Assembly: GCA_025356665.1 (NCBI GenBank)
Contig: JANXRV010000062.1
Coordinates: 1,866 to 65,865 of the forward strand
Source: Pseudomonadota bacterium
GTDB taxonomy: Bacteria; Pseudomonadota; Gammaproteobacteria; Burkholderiales; SG8-39
DNA: 64,000 bases
Direction: 5' to 3'
Numbering within the stretch: the first letter of the stretch is position 1; each line of letters begins with the position of its first letter. Positions 30,079 to 40,032 of the stretch are shown here, piece after piece. The position numbers and the translations under genes are program-made. The notes under the pieces were generated by a model, which did not search any database, was not told where the DNA came from, and saw nothing but the letters and a program-made list of their open reading frames with translations.

Positions 30079-30501
30079 TTACTTCGCGAACAAGCGGCCT
30101 ATGTCCTTGAATGCCTTGAATTCAATCGCATTGCCGCACGGATCAAGAAAAAACATCGTAGCCTGCTCACCGACCTCGCCCTTGAAACGAATTTGCGGCT
30201 CGATGATAAATTGGGTGCCGGCGCGAATGAGCTTTTCCGACAAGGCCTCCCACTCGCCCATCGACAACACCAGGCCGAAATGCCGCACCGGCACGTTCTC
30301 GCCATCGACCGCACTGGTATTGCGATGCCCGGCCTCCTCGGGCGACAGGTGGGCCACGATCTGGTGTCCGTAGAAATCAAAATCAACCCAGTCCGGGGCG
30401 CTGCGCCCTTCGGGGCAACCGAGCAATTCGCCGTAAAACGCACGCGCCTTTTGCAGGCTGGTGACCGGGAAGGCAAGGTGAAAAGGATGGGCGACAGACA
30501 T
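30079..30501 (-). CDS. VOC-family (glyoxalase/bleomycin-resistance/dioxygenase fold) protein
   Basis: MSVAHPFHLAFPVTSLQKARAFYGELLGC...HFGLVL...DPCGNAIEFK. An alternative TTG start is at 30525. Confidence 0.75.
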   Translation of the reverse strand: MSVAHPFHLAFPVTSLQKARAFYGELLGCPEGRSAPDWVDFDFYGHQIVAHLSPEEAGHRNTSAVDGENVPVRHFGLVLSMGEWEALSEKLIRAGTQFIIEPQIRFKGEVGEQATMFFLDPCGNAIEFKAFKDIGRLFAK

Positions 30502-30692
30502 GATGGCAACCTGCGTAATGAACAAAGAAAGCTGATTATCGCGGATTTTCTATTGCCAAGGACAGGGCGCGCGCGGTCTTCCGCCCTCAGCGTGCGTCGT
30601 CCCCGGCCAAGCCCCTGCGACCCTGCTAAGATTGCATCATCAATCGCAGTAGGGCGCCAGGGCATTAAAACATTGGGTCTTCTGCAAAGTGA

Positions 30693-30932
30693 GTGGGGCA
30701 TTTTGACGAATGGGTGCGCCTGGTCGAGGGCATTAGCGATGTGCAGACCATACACGCAACCGCCCTGCGGCTCAAAGACATCGACTACAGCATCCATTTT
30801 CACGTCTGGGACTTCGACAGTTTTCTTTACTTCGTTGATCTGGTGCGCGACCAGAACCCGGGGCTTGAATTCGACTGGTCCCACATCGAACTCAACCAGC
30901 ACGAAATCATTTCCATCTTCACCAAACGCTGA
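30693..30932 (+). pseudogene. Possible C-terminal remnant of a SAM-dependent methyltransferase-like gene
   Basis: 79-aa ORF beginning at GTG directly after an in-frame stop. The HFHVWDFDSFLYFV motif resembles the C-terminal part of some class I methyltransferases. Local GC (about 52%) is below the window average. Weak evidence. Confidence 0.25.
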
Positions 30933-30993
30933 GGCCGCGTCCGCCTTCAGGCGGCCGCGGCCCCATGACATCCCGAAAAAGCAAGCCGGGAAC

Positions 30994-32163
30994 TCAGGCG
31001 CTCTCGTAAAGCCGCGTCAGCACGAATTCGCGATGTCCCAGCGCCTCGGCCGCGGTGAGCCGGCCGTTGGCCGTGCGGAACATGCAATCGAGCAACTTGT
31101 CGCCGGCATCATCGGGCGACATCTCGCGGCGCAGCAGGCCCGACACATCGACGTCGACGTGTTCCGACATGGTGCGAACGGTGCGCGGATTGGCGCAGAT
31201 CTTGATCACCGGCAGGATCGGGTTGCCGATCACGTTGCCCTGCCCGGTGGGAAAGAGATGCACCACATAGCCGGAGGCCGCACACAGCGTGACCATCTCC
31301 GCCGCGGCCGAAGACGAGTCCATGAACCACAGCCCCGGACCGGTCGGCTCCTCGGCCTTGTCGAGCACGCCGTCGATGAGGCATTTGCGCCCGATCTTCT
31401 GGATGTTGCCCAGCGCCTTTTCCTCGATCGTGGTCAAGCCGCCAAGGATGTTGCCCTTGGTCGGCTGCGAGTCCGACAGGTCGCTGGTCTTGTGGCGGTT
31501 GATGACATCCTGGTAGCGGTCAAACATGAACTGGAATTTTTTGCGCACTTCGTCTGTGCGGCACCGCGCGGCGACAAGGTGCTCACCGCCGGTAAGTTCG
31601 GTTGTCTCGCCAAAGACCAGCGTGGTGCCGTGCGGATAAAGCTTGTCGAAGGCGTTGCCAACGGTGGGATTGGCACCGCAACCCGACGTGGTATCCGACT
31701 CGCCGCATTTGGTGGAAACCCACAGATCCTTGAGCGGACGCGTTTCACGCTGCAGTTCCGAGGCCCATTGCACATACTCCTTGGCCACTTTGGAGGCGCG
31801 TAGGATGGTGTCATGGTCGCCATGCTGCTCGATGCCAAAACCGACCACCGGCTTGCCGGTCTTGGCAATGCCATCGACGATCAGCTTGGTCCAGCCGTCC
31901 TCAATGCCGATCACCACCACCGCCGCCACGTTGGGATTGGAACCGGTGCCGATCAGCGTGCGAAAATGCAGCTCCAGGTCGGCGCCAAACTGCAGCCGGC
32001 CATAGGGATGCGGGATCGCCATCGCGCCCTTGATATTGTGCGCCACCGCCTCGGCAGCGGCATTGGAAAGGTCATCAACCGGCAGGATGATGACGTGGTT
32101 GCGCACGCCGACACGGCCGTTCTCGCGCTTGTAGCCCTGAAAAGTCGCTTTGGAGAGATCCAC
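30994..32163 (-). CDS. UxaA-family (altronate/galactarate dehydratase-like) hydro-lyase, large subunit
   Basis: I trimmed to GTG 32163 ([28 protein letters not shown]...[12 protein letters not shown]...). The long N-terminal extension in the ORF track overlaps the small-subunit gene. Confidence 0.8.
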   Translation of the reverse strand: MDLSKATFQGYKRENGRVGVRNHVIILPVDDLSNAAAEAVAHNIKGAMAIPHPYGRLQFGADLELHFRTLIGTGSNPNVAAVVVIGIEDGWTKLIVDGIAKTGKPVVGFGIEQHGDHDTILRASKVAKEYVQWASELQRETRPLKDLWVSTKCGESDTTSGCGANPTVGNAFDKLYPHGTTLVFGETTELTGGEHLVAARCRTDEVRKKFQFMFDRYQDVINRHKTSDLSDSQPTKGNILGGLTTIEEKALGNIQKIGRKCLIDGVLDKAEEPTGPGLWFMDSSSAAAEMVTLCAASGYVVHLFPTGQGNVIGNPILPVIKICANPRTVRTMSEHVDVDVSGLLRREMSPDDAGDKLLDCMFRTANGRLTAAEALGHREFVLTRLYESA

Positions 32164-32165
32164 GC

Positions 32166-32447
32166 TTACCACCTCTTGGTTTTGATGTTGTGCACATGGG
32201 CGTGCTCGCCCAGCTTGATGGCCGCGACAGTGCGGCCGATGTCGACACCGTATTTGATCACCGTGTCCTTGTCCTTGAGTTCGCGTATCGCCAGCTTGTG
32301 ACCGATGGGGATGTCGTTGAGCGCCTTGATCTTGAGATCTTTGTTCTGGTCCATGATCCAGCCGGCCAGATCCTGCCCCGCCTTCACCCCCTCGACCACC
32401 ACCACACCGACCGAGTCGTGCTCGTCGTGCACCACGAAATGAATCAT
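32166..32447 (-). CDS. UxaA-family hydro-lyase small subunit (SAF domain)
   Basis: I trimmed to ATG 32447 ([27 protein letters not shown]...[22 protein letters not shown]). It ends 2 nt before the large-subunit start. Confidence 0.8.
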   Translation of the reverse strand: MIHFVVHDEHDSVGVVVVEGVKAGQDLAGWIMDQNKDLKIKALNDIPIGHKLAIRELKDKDTVIKYGVDIGRTVAAIKLGEHAHVHNIKTKRW

Positions 32448-32579
32448 TGCCGTATCCCTCGCTAAAGACAAAAAACCCTGAAGACCAATGGCTGCGAAGC
32501 AACCCTGAATCCGCGATAATACGCGCGCCCCTTGTTCCGCGTCGACCGCCATGCGCAAGGGCCCCCTTCGAAGGCCCGC

Positions 32580-33752
32580 ATGATCGTATTACTACCCATC
32601 GTCCGCTCCATCCCCCTGGGACTTTTCTACCAGGACATCGCCAACGGCATCCAGGATGCGCTGCAGGAACTGGGGCATACCGTGCAATGGTTCCCGCTTG
32701 GTGAAATCGGCGTGCTTAGCGCCGCTGAAGCCGAAACGGCTGTGCGCTGGGCGCGTGACGGAAAAGCCAAGCTGGTCCTCGACCTTTGCTGCTGGGGTCA
32801 CGCCCTGTCGCAGGCCAGGCTCGACAGCGAAGAAAACGCTGCCCGCGTCTACGACGTCGGCGGCGTCAGCTGCGTCGCGATGCTGCTCGACCAGGCCTAT
32901 TTCCAGCCCATCGCCTCCATTCATGCACGCCGCCTGTATGCCGCCTTTCCCGCCCCCAGTGTGCTCGAACAACTGGGCATGATCGAACCGTCGCTGCCGC
33001 TTGCAGGCAGCGTATTCGCCCCGCCCGGGGTGCGGCCGCAAAACGACCGCTCGACCCTCTGGCCCGACCGCGACATTGATGTGCTTTACGCCGGAAACCT
33101 GCAGATTCAGGCGCTCAGTCGCGAATGGGGTCCCCAGGCAGACCACGAATTATGCGATGCGCTTGCCGATGCCACCAGCGGCGACGTTCCGCTTCACCAG
33201 ACAGCCATCGACATAGCCCACAGCCTGGGACGGTCCCCAGACGCCGGGCAATGGTGCGCTTTGCTGCGTGACGTGGAATTTTTCCTGCGCGCAAAAAACC
33301 GCCTTGCCGTGGTGCGCGCTGCGGCGCAGTCGGGCGCACAGATCCATGTCGTCGGCGACGGATGGGACAAAATTGAACTACCCGCCAACGTCACCGTGCT
33401 GCCGCTGATGCGTTATGCCGGCATGCTCGATCTGGCGGGGCGCGCCCGTTTGTGCATCGATTCGTCCTCTTATCCTGACGGCGCCAACGACCGGATTTTC
33501 AATTACGCGCTCAACGGCACACCCTGCCTCACCAATTCACGCAGCTGGGTGGAGTCGCAGTTCGGGCCCGGCCAAGGCATGCATTTTTATCTGGGCGCGG
33601 AGACGCAAACCCTGAGCGAACGCATCCCGGCGCTGTTATCGCAGCGCGAACAACTGCGCCAGCAAGGTGAGGCGGCCCGCGCCATCACGCTCGCCGGCCA
33701 TACCTGGCGGCACCGGGTCGAGGACATCCTGGCTCTGCTCGATCCGGCCTGA
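32580..33752 (+). CDS. Hypothetical protein, CgeB/glycosyltransferase-like C-terminal region
   Basis: I trimmed to ATG 32580 (MIVLLPIV). The C-terminal part ([14 protein letters not shown]...[14 protein letters not shown]) resembles the Glyco_trans_1_2/CgeB family. The assignment is tentative. Confidence 0.5.
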   Translation: MIVLLPIVRSIPLGLFYQDIANGIQDALQELGHTVQWFPLGEIGVLSAAEAETAVRWARDGKAKLVLDLCCWGHALSQARLDSEENAARVYDVGGVSCVAMLLDQAYFQPIASIHARRLYAAFPAPSVLEQLGMIEPSLPLAGSVFAPPGVRPQNDRSTLWPDRDIDVLYAGNLQIQALSREWGPQADHELCDALADATSGDVPLHQTAIDIAHSLGRSPDAGQWCALLRDVEFFLRAKNRLAVVRAAAQSGAQIHVVGDGWDKIELPANVTVLPLMRYAGMLDLAGRARLCIDSSSYPDGANDRIFNYALNGTPCLTNSRSWVESQFGPGQGMHFYLGAETQTLSERIPALLSQREQLRQQGEAARAITLAGHTWRHRVEDILALLDPA

Positions 33753-33798
33753 ACGGGACGTTTGCGTTTAGCCGCGGCATTTCATCGCCAGCGCATCT

Positions 33799-34170
33799 TC
33801 AGCGGCAACTGACATTGCCGGCGCTGTATTCGATCGGCCTGGTGCAATCCTGAATGTTGATTTTTCGGTCTTCCGCCAAGGGCGGGGCGGCGCGCGTCCA
33901 GCGCCCGGTGCCGCGAACATAGTCCACGCCATCGGCAATCATCACCCCGATAACAATGACCCCGAACAACGGCCCCGACCCGGAACTGATGTTTGCACGC
34001 ACGCCGTTGGAACCGCTACTAATACTGTTGGCGCTACTGTTGGCGGAGCCGGACGCGGAAGGCGCGGATGGGGGAACGCCGCTGCGCAGCGCAAACGACC
34101 CCGAACAGGCGCCAAGCAGCAGCAGGCAGGACAGCGCAGCGGTCATTCGTATGGCACGAAAATTCTTCAT
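33799..34170 (-). CDS. Putative lipoprotein with a Ser/Gly/Asn-rich linker
   Basis: 123 aa with lipobox LLLGAC after a basic N-terminus. Confidence 0.6.
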   Translation of the reverse strand: MKNFRAIRMTAALSCLLLLGACSGSFALRSGVPPSAPSASGSANSSANSISSGSNGVRANISSGSGPLFGVIVIGVMIADGVDYVRGTGRWTRAAPPLAEDRKINIQDCTRPIEYSAGNVSCR

Positions 34171-34448
34171 GAGCTGAGATGATTCTTCATGAACTGAGAT
34201 GATTCTAGCGCCAATTGGCGGCGATGATTACCGCCGATGTGAGAAAGGGGGACGTGCCGCTAACGACACACCCAACGCGGGGCAGACACCGCGATACCGC
34301 AGGTGGGGACGGCATAAAAATCGTACGACCCTGCTGCACACTCCGGTAAAATGTGGCGCAGTCCAAGATTCAGTCTCAGTCTCAGTTTAAGTCTTTGTGC
34401 CGACGGCCCCGCCCGGACGCAAATAAAAACCATTCAGGAGCCAACTCC

Positions 34449-35471
34449 ATGCTGTTTCCCACCACGCTCGTCGGCAGCTATCCGCAACCGGAATGGCTGA
34501 TCGATCGCGCTAAACTCGCCGGACGTTTTCCGCCGCGTACGCGCGCCAAGGAGTTGTGGCGCATCCCCGAGGCCTACCTCGAGGAAGCGCAAAGAGATGC
34601 GACACTGATCGCCATTCGCGCCCAGGAAGAGGCCGGATTGGACATCCTTACAGACGGTGAGATCCGGCGCGAAAGTTATTCCAACCGCTTTGCCACCGCG
34701 CTCTCAGGCATTGACATCGACAATCCGGGGACCGGCCTGGACCGCTCCGGCCACCCCAACCCGGTGCCGCGCATCACCGGCAAGATCAAGCGCCTGCGCC
34801 CGGTGGAGGTCGAGGATATGAAGTTCTTGCGCGCCAACACCACGCGAATGGTCAAGATCACCGTGCCCGGCCCGTTCACCATGAGCCAACAGGCACAAAA
34901 CGATTTCTACAAGACCGAAGCCGAGGCGGCGATGGATTACGCCCAGGCCGTGAACGAGGAAATTCGCGACCTCTTCGCCGCCGGCGCCGACATCGTGCAA
35001 ATCGACGAGCCGTATATGCAGGCTCGTCCGGAAAAAGCGCGCGAGTACGGCCTTGCCGCGCTCAATCGCGCGCTCGAGGGCATCACCGGTACCACCGCCG
35101 TGCACATCTGCTTCGGCTACGCGGCGGTGATCCACGCCCGGCCGGAGGGCTATTCCTTCCTGCCCGAATTTGCCAACTGCACGTGCAAACAGGTGTCGAT
35201 CGAAACGGCGCAATCCAATCTCGATTGTTCGGTGCTGACCAAACTGGCGGGCAAGAAGGTCATGGTCGGCTGTATCGACCTGTTGGACATGAGCATAGAA
35301 ACGCCGCAAATCGTCGTCGCGCGCATCAAGCGCGCGCTACCTTTCATCGCCAAGGAAGACGTCATTCTCGCCCCCGACTGCGGCATGAAATACCTGCCGC
35401 GCGATGTCGCCGACGGCAAGATGCGCGCGATGGTGGCAGCTGCAAAAATACTGCGCGCCGAGTACGCCTGA
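34449..35471 (+). CDS. Cobalamin-independent methionine synthase family protein, catalytic-domain-only (core-MetE type)
   Basis: I trimmed to ATG 34449 (MLFPTTLVGSYPQPEWL). MetE zinc-ligand motifs are present: HICFGY, SIETAQS, PDCGMKY. At 340 aa, the N-terminal MetE barrel is absent. Confidence 0.8.
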   Translation: MLFPTTLVGSYPQPEWLIDRAKLAGRFPPRTRAKELWRIPEAYLEEAQRDATLIAIRAQEEAGLDILTDGEIRRESYSNRFATALSGIDIDNPGTGLDRSGHPNPVPRITGKIKRLRPVEVEDMKFLRANTTRMVKITVPGPFTMSQQAQNDFYKTEAEAAMDYAQAVNEEIRDLFAAGADIVQIDEPYMQARPEKAREYGLAALNRALEGITGTTAVHICFGYAAVIHARPEGYSFLPEFANCTCKQVSIETAQSNLDCSVLTKLAGKKVMVGCIDLLDMSIETPQIVVARIKRALPFIAKEDVILAPDCGMKYLPRDVADGKMRAMVAAAKILRAEYA

Positions 35472-35502
35472 CTGGAAAAGCCCGCCCAGTGCGGGTTTCC
35501 AG
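35472..35502. terminator. Hairpin immediately 3' of the MetE-like gene (CTGGAAA...TTTCCAG family)
   Basis: CTGGAAAAGCCCGC CCAGT GCGGGTTTCCAG, with no clear T-run. Confidence 0.4.
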
Positions 35503-35531
35503 TCGGTTTGCAAGGCCGGAAAGACAGTCGT

Positions 35532-36821
35532 TTAGCGGAATCGGGCGGCGCTGAAGGGCTGCGGGGACACGCACGGCGTGCGCCCCGCCACCATATCCGC
35601 AATAAGCCTTCCGGTCGTCGATCCGGCACACATACCGACGTGGCCGTGACCGAAGGCGTAATAGGCGTTGGTAAGGCGCGAAGCCGGTCCTATGACTGGC
35701 AGTGAATCGGGCATGCTCGGGCGAAAGCCCATCCAGCGCGTGACCCGCATTACATCGTCCTCGGGCAGCAGTCCGGGATAAAGACGGCGCGCGCCGCGCA
35801 ACAACAGGTCGGCCCGGCGCCAGTTCGGCGCCGCATCCAGTCCGGCCAACTCGACCGTGCCGGTGACCCGCAGGCCCATGTCCATGGGGGTCGCACCAAA
35901 ATTGCCGTCGACAAACAGCGTGGGCGTACGCGGACCTTTTTCCGGATTCTTGACGATAACGTGATAACCGCGCTCGGTGTCCAGCGGCAGGCGGTCGCCA
36001 AGCTGTTCGGCCAACACTTTGGACCACGCGCCGCAGGCGAGCACGACCTGGCTCGCCGCATGCCAGCCCTCGCTAGTGCGCACCGCACTCAAGGCCACGC
36101 CGTTGTGCTCAAAACCGGTAACGCGCTCGCGCAGCACCAGGGCACCGCGCGAAACGACGCCGGCGACCAGCGCGCGCACCAGCGCACGCGGATCGGAGGT
36201 GTGGCCGTTGGCGCGAACCAGGCGCGCATGGGTGAACTGCGGCCCCAGGTCGGGCTCAAGATCGCGCAAGGCCGGCCCGGTCACATCCTCGATCACGATG
36301 CCGTTGCGACGGCGAATATCAGTCTTGAGCGCGTCCTCGCGCCAGCTTTTCTCTCCGCCATAGAGATAGAGCGTGCCCTGCTGATGCAGCAGATGCAGCG
36401 CGCCCGCATCGCGAAGCAAGGGCGTGTAATTTTCCAGCGACCCGGCCAGCAAGGCGCGCAGCGCGCTTGCCTGCGCCTCCACCTTGTCCCGCGTGGCCGA
36501 GCGCAAAAACCGCCACAGCCAGGGCGCGATGTGCGGCAGGTAGCGCCAGCGAATGGTGAGCGGCCCTTCGGGGTTCATTAACCAGCCGGGAACTTTTGCC
36601 GCCACCCCCGGCATGCCCACCGGAATAATGGACGATGCGGAGAGCATGCCACCGTTCCCCGAAGAGGCGCCCGCTCCGGGCTCGTTGTGGTCGATCAGCG
36701 TGACGGCGTGCCCGTCGCGCTGCAAATACGCCGCGGCACAGGCACCGACAATGCCGGCACCGATGACGATAACGCGCGGTGGCCCGGCCGGCGTGCTCAC
36801 GCCCTCACTCTTCCAGAACAA
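35532..36821 (-). CDS. FAD-dependent oxidoreductase (D-amino-acid dehydrogenase-like, DAO family)
   Basis: 429 aa with dinucleotide fold VIVIGAGIVGACAAAYL. The start overlaps the upstream Bug gene by 17 nt and may be a downstream GTG. Confidence 0.8.
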   Translation of the reverse strand: MFWKSEGVSTPAGPPRVIVIGAGIVGACAAAYLQRDGHAVTLIDHNEPGAGASSGNGGMLSASSIIPVGMPGVAAKVPGWLMNPEGPLTIRWRYLPHIAPWLWRFLRSATRDKVEAQASALRALLAGSLENYTPLLRDAGALHLLHQQGTLYLYGGEKSWREDALKTDIRRRNGIVIEDVTGPALRDLEPDLGPQFTHARLVRANGHTSDPRALVRALVAGVVSRGALVLRERVTGFEHNGVALSAVRTSEGWHAASQVVLACGAWSKVLAEQLGDRLPLDTERGYHVIVKNPEKGPRTPTLFVDGNFGATPMDMGLRVTGTVELAGLDAAPNWRRADLLLRGARRLYPGLLPEDDVMRVTRWMGFRPSMPDSLPVIGPASRLTNAYYAFGHGHVGMCAGSTTGRLIADMVAGRTPCVSPQPFSAARFR

Positions 36822-37788
36822 TACCGTTGCGTTTAATGAAGGCGGCCCAGCCGTCGCGCTCTTTTTTCAGGCTGACGGCAAACACCTCAGGCGTGTCGAA
36901 CACGGCGTTGAGCGCCTGCGCCTGGAGTTTTTCCGCCAGTGCCGGTGCTTTCATGGCTCTGTTAATCTCGGCCGACAGGCGTTGCACGATCGCCGCCGGC
37001 GTTCCGGTCGGCGCGACAACACTGAACGAACTGGTTGCGTCGACCGCGGGCAAACCCGCCTCTGCCAGGGTTGGCACACCGGGCAGCAGCTCGGTGCGTT
37101 CGGTGACCGCCAAAGGCACGGCCTTGCCCGACTTGATGTGCCCGAGCACCGACGCGACATCGGGGAACATGAATTTAATCTGTCCGCCGAGCAGGTCCTG
37201 GTAGGCCTGACCCATGCCCTTATAAGGAATGTGCAGAAATTTTATCCCTGCAGTCTCTTCCAGTTGGCGCACACCGAGGTAGGTGGTGCTGCCCGAACCG
37301 GCCGAACCGTAAGCGAGCCTGCCCGGTTCGCGTTTGGCGAGGGCGATAAATTCGGCCATTGTTTTGGCCGGGACGCTGGAGGCCACGACAATCACCTGCG
37401 GCGCGACCACGCCGCGCGCCACCGGCACAAAGTCGCGCTCGACGTTATACGAAAGATTCTTGTAGAGACTGGGATTGACCGTCAGCGCCGGATTGGCCGA
37501 CAGCAAAAACGTATAGCCGTCGGCAGCGGACTTGGCGACGATATCGGCACCGATGTTGCCGCTGGCGCCAGGCTTGTTCTCGACGACGAACTGGCGCTTG
37601 AGCGAGTCGTTCAGCGCCTGCGCCAGCAAGCGCGCGTAGGTGTCGGTGCCCCCGCCCGGCGAGGAGGGAACAACGAACCTGACCGGCCGCGCGGGCCAGG
37701 CTTCCTGTGCGAACACGGTCCCGGCAAGCAATATGTGAATGAGGCCAGCGATGGCTGCAAAGATACGAATCATGATTACTCCCGACAT
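36805..37788 (-). CDS. Bug-family (TctC-like) tripartite tricarboxylate transporter substrate-binding protein
   Basis: 327 aa with a signal peptide, then QEAWPARPVRFVVPSSPGGGTDTYARLLAQ, the Bug family signature. Confidence 0.9.
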   Translation of the reverse strand: MSGVIMIRIFAAIAGLIHILLAGTVFAQEAWPARPVRFVVPSSPGGGTDTYARLLAQALNDSLKRQFVVENKPGASGNIGADIVAKSAADGYTFLLSANPALTVNPSLYKNLSYNVERDFVPVARGVVAPQVIVVASSVPAKTMAEFIALAKREPGRLAYGSAGSGSTTYLGVRQLEETAGIKFLHIPYKGMGQAYQDLLGGQIKFMFPDVASVLGHIKSGKAVPLAVTERTELLPGVPTLAEAGLPAVDATSSFSVVAPTGTPAAIVQRLSAEINRAMKAPALAEKLQAQALNAVFDTPEVFAVSLKKERDGWAAFIKRNGIVLEE

Positions 37789-37812
37789 TTCAATTCATAA
37801 AAACAGTCTTCC

Positions 37813-37897
37813 GTCATTGCGAGCGCTGCGAAGCAATCTCGTAGCACTGTGCAAGATCGACGAGATTGCCGCGTCGACTTCGCCTCCTCGCAATGAC
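37813..37897. repeat. Single copy of the GTCATTGCGAG palindromic element
   Basis: GTCATTGCGAGCGCTGCGAAGCAATC...GATTGCCGCGTCGACTTCGCCTCCTCGCAATGAC. Confidence 0.9.
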
Positions 37898-37908
37898 CGC
37901 AAAAACAA

Positions 37909-38880
37909 CTATTCGGCCTTGATGCCCGCGGCCTTGATGATCTCGGCATTTTGCGCCAACTCTTCCTTGATGTAGCTGTCGAACTGCTCGGGGCTCAGGC
38001 TGAACGGCTCGGCACCCAGCTTGGCCAGGCGCTCGCGCACATCGGCGGTCTGCAGCGCCTTGATGGTGGCCTGGTTGAGACGGTTAATCACATCGCGCGG
38101 CGTTTTCGCCGGCACCAGCAAACCGATCCAGAACACATAGTCGGCCTTGGCAACGCCCGCCTCCAGCGCAGTGGGCACATCGGGCAGCAACGCGGAGCGC
38201 TTGCTGGTGCCCACCGCAAGCGCCAGCAGCCTGCCGTCCTTGATCAGCGGCAGCGCCGATACCAGCGGCGCAAAAAAATAATCAACGCGTCCGGTCATGG
38301 TTTCAGTGATGGCCTCGGGCGAACCCTTGTAGGGAACATGCACAGCATCAATGCCGGCGCTGGCGCGGAATTTTTCGGCGTTCATGTAAGTCGCCGTGCC
38401 AACGCCAACGGAGGCGTAGTTGAGCTTGCCCGGATTGGCCTTGCCCGCGGCAACCAGATCCTTCACCGACTTGTAGCCTTTTTCGGCCGAGACCACGAGC
38501 ACGTTGGGCACCACGGCGAGCGGCGTAACGCCGGCGAAATCGCGCACCGGGTCGTAGGGCACCTTGGAGATCAGCGGCGTCACCGTATGGGCGGCGGTGT
38601 AGACAAACACGGTGTAGCCGTCCGGTGCCGAGGTGGCGACATGCTGCGCGGCGATCACGCCGCCGGCGCCCATCTTGTTCTCGAGGATCACCGCCACGCC
38701 CAGTTCGGCCTGTATTTTTTCAGACACGGCACGGCCGACAAGGTCGGAGGCGCTGCCCGGGGAGGCGCCCGACACCAGCCTGATCGTCTTCGCAGGCCAG
38801 GCCTGGGCCATGACCTGCTGCGATGCCCCAAGCGCCAGCAAAGCGGCCGCAACAGCAATACTTATTCCACGCTTGCACAT
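37909..38880 (-). CDS. Bug-family (TctC-like) substrate-binding protein
   Basis: I trimmed to ATG 38880 (MCKRGISIAVAAALLALGASQQVMAQAWPAKTIRLVSGASPGSASDLVGR). Confidence 0.9.
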   Translation of the reverse strand: MCKRGISIAVAAALLALGASQQVMAQAWPAKTIRLVSGASPGSASDLVGRAVSEKIQAELGVAVILENKMGAGGVIAAQHVATSAPDGYTVFVYTAAHTVTPLISKVPYDPVRDFAGVTPLAVVPNVLVVSAEKGYKSVKDLVAAGKANPGKLNYASVGVGTATYMNAEKFRASAGIDAVHVPYKGSPEAITETMTGRVDYFFAPLVSALPLIKDGRLLALAVGTSKRSALLPDVPTALEAGVAKADYVFWIGLLVPAKTPRDVINRLNQATIKALQTADVRERLAKLGAEPFSLSPEQFDSYIKEELAQNAEIIKAAGIKAE

Positions 38881-38905
38881 CAATGCTCTCCTCAAAGTCC
38901 GCCCT

Positions 38906-39994
38906 CTACTGCTGCGGCAAACCCAACTGCGTCGCCATCCAGTCGGCGCTGCGCGAACGCCAGCGGTAAGGACGGTTGTTGGCGATGTGGTTGCCGTCCT
39001 CGACGATGAGCAGTTCCGTCGGCCCTGATGCCTCGTCAACCAGGCGCTGTGCATCCTGCCACGCAATCAGGCGGTCCTGCTTGCCGGTGACGATGAACAG
39101 CGGACACTCAATCTGCCTGGCAATGCCATTCTTCATTGTCAACGTGCTGCTGTGGCGCCTGGCCTCTTCCTGCGTAGCGCAATGGCTGCGCACGCGAAAC
39201 GCTTCGCGCGTCAAATCGGGAAGCTTGTCCCATTGGTCGGAAAAATCGTAGGGGCCGGCCAGACCGATACAGGCCTTGAGGCGTTTCTCGAACGCCGCGG
39301 CGCGCGGTGCGTAATAGCCCCCCAGGCTCACGCCCCACAAGCCGATGCGGCTGCTATCAACATCGGTGCGCTGCATCACCCAGTCGACCATGGCCTTGAC
39401 CGGCACTTCGTAGTCACCGCGAATCGGGAAGTCGTATTCAGCTTCGCCCTGCCCCGGACCATCAACCATCAGCGTCGCCATGCCGCGCGCAAGAAAGGGC
39501 AGCTCGTAGGCTTCCAGCTCCTCCTTCGCCGAATCGAGTCCGGGAACCATGATCAGGACGGGCGGCTTGGCCGCGCTCCGGTCCGAAGATGCGGGCAAAC
39601 GCAGGAAGCCGGCGAGAAATTTTCCCTCGTAGGGAATCTCCACGCGCACGGCCGGCGGACGTTGGTGCGGCAGCGCCAGTTGGCGGCACTCGACCGCCTT
39701 CATGTGCGCCGCGCGCATCTCTGCGATGTCATGCACCGCGAGGAACTTGCCAAAGTGATAATAGACGGCGGCACGCGACAAATGTTCGGCCGCAGTCAGC
39801 TTGTAGCCGGCGGCAAGCATTTCGCGTCCGAGATTCTCGTGTACGGCAGCACGTGCGCTCCATGCGCCGCACCAGTCCTCCCAGCGCTCAATGCCCGCGG
39901 TAACGTCCTCGAAGTCGGCGAGAATCACGCCATTGGAAATAAACCGCGGCGCCCAGTGGGCCGTCGCCGAGGCAACTCTTGCGTCCTTAGTCAT
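38906..39994 (-). CDS. Alpha/beta hydrolase (dihydroxypseudooxynicotine-hydrolase-like fold), paralogue 1
   Basis: 362 aa. Nucleophile elbow GVSLGG, and KQDRL and DGNH as Asp/His candidates. The helical N-terminal domain HWAPRF...ERWEDWC is shared with the paralogue at 40193-41287. Confidence 0.75.
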   Translation of the reverse strand: MTKDARVASATAHWAPRFISNGVILADFEDVTAGIERWEDWCGAWSARAAVHENLGREMLAAGYKLTAAEHLSRAAVYYHFGKFLAVHDIAEMRAAHMKAVECRQLALPHQRPPAVRVEIPYEGKFLAGFLRLPASSDRSAAKPPVLIMVPGLDSAKEELEAYELPFLARGMATLMVDGPGQGEAEYDFPIRGDYEVPVKAMVDWVMQRTDVDSSRIGLWGVSLGGYYAPRAAAFEKRLKACIGLAGPYDFSDQWDKLPDLTREAFRVRSHCATQEEARRHSSTLTMKNGIARQIECPLFIVTGKQDRLIAWQDAQRLVDEASGPTELLIVEDGNHIANNRPYRWRSRSADWMATQLGLPQQ

Positions 39995-40032
39995 GCTTCC
40001 TCACTCGTGAAAATTGCTAAAAATGGCGTTAG

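Noticed and set aside
34171-34448. Cobalamin or SAM riboswitch in the 278-nt leader of the MetE-like gene.
   Set aside because: No B12-box (GCCACTG-like) or recognisable SAM-riboswitch core was visible. The long leader remains unexplained, but I cannot support an RNA element from sequence inspection alone.
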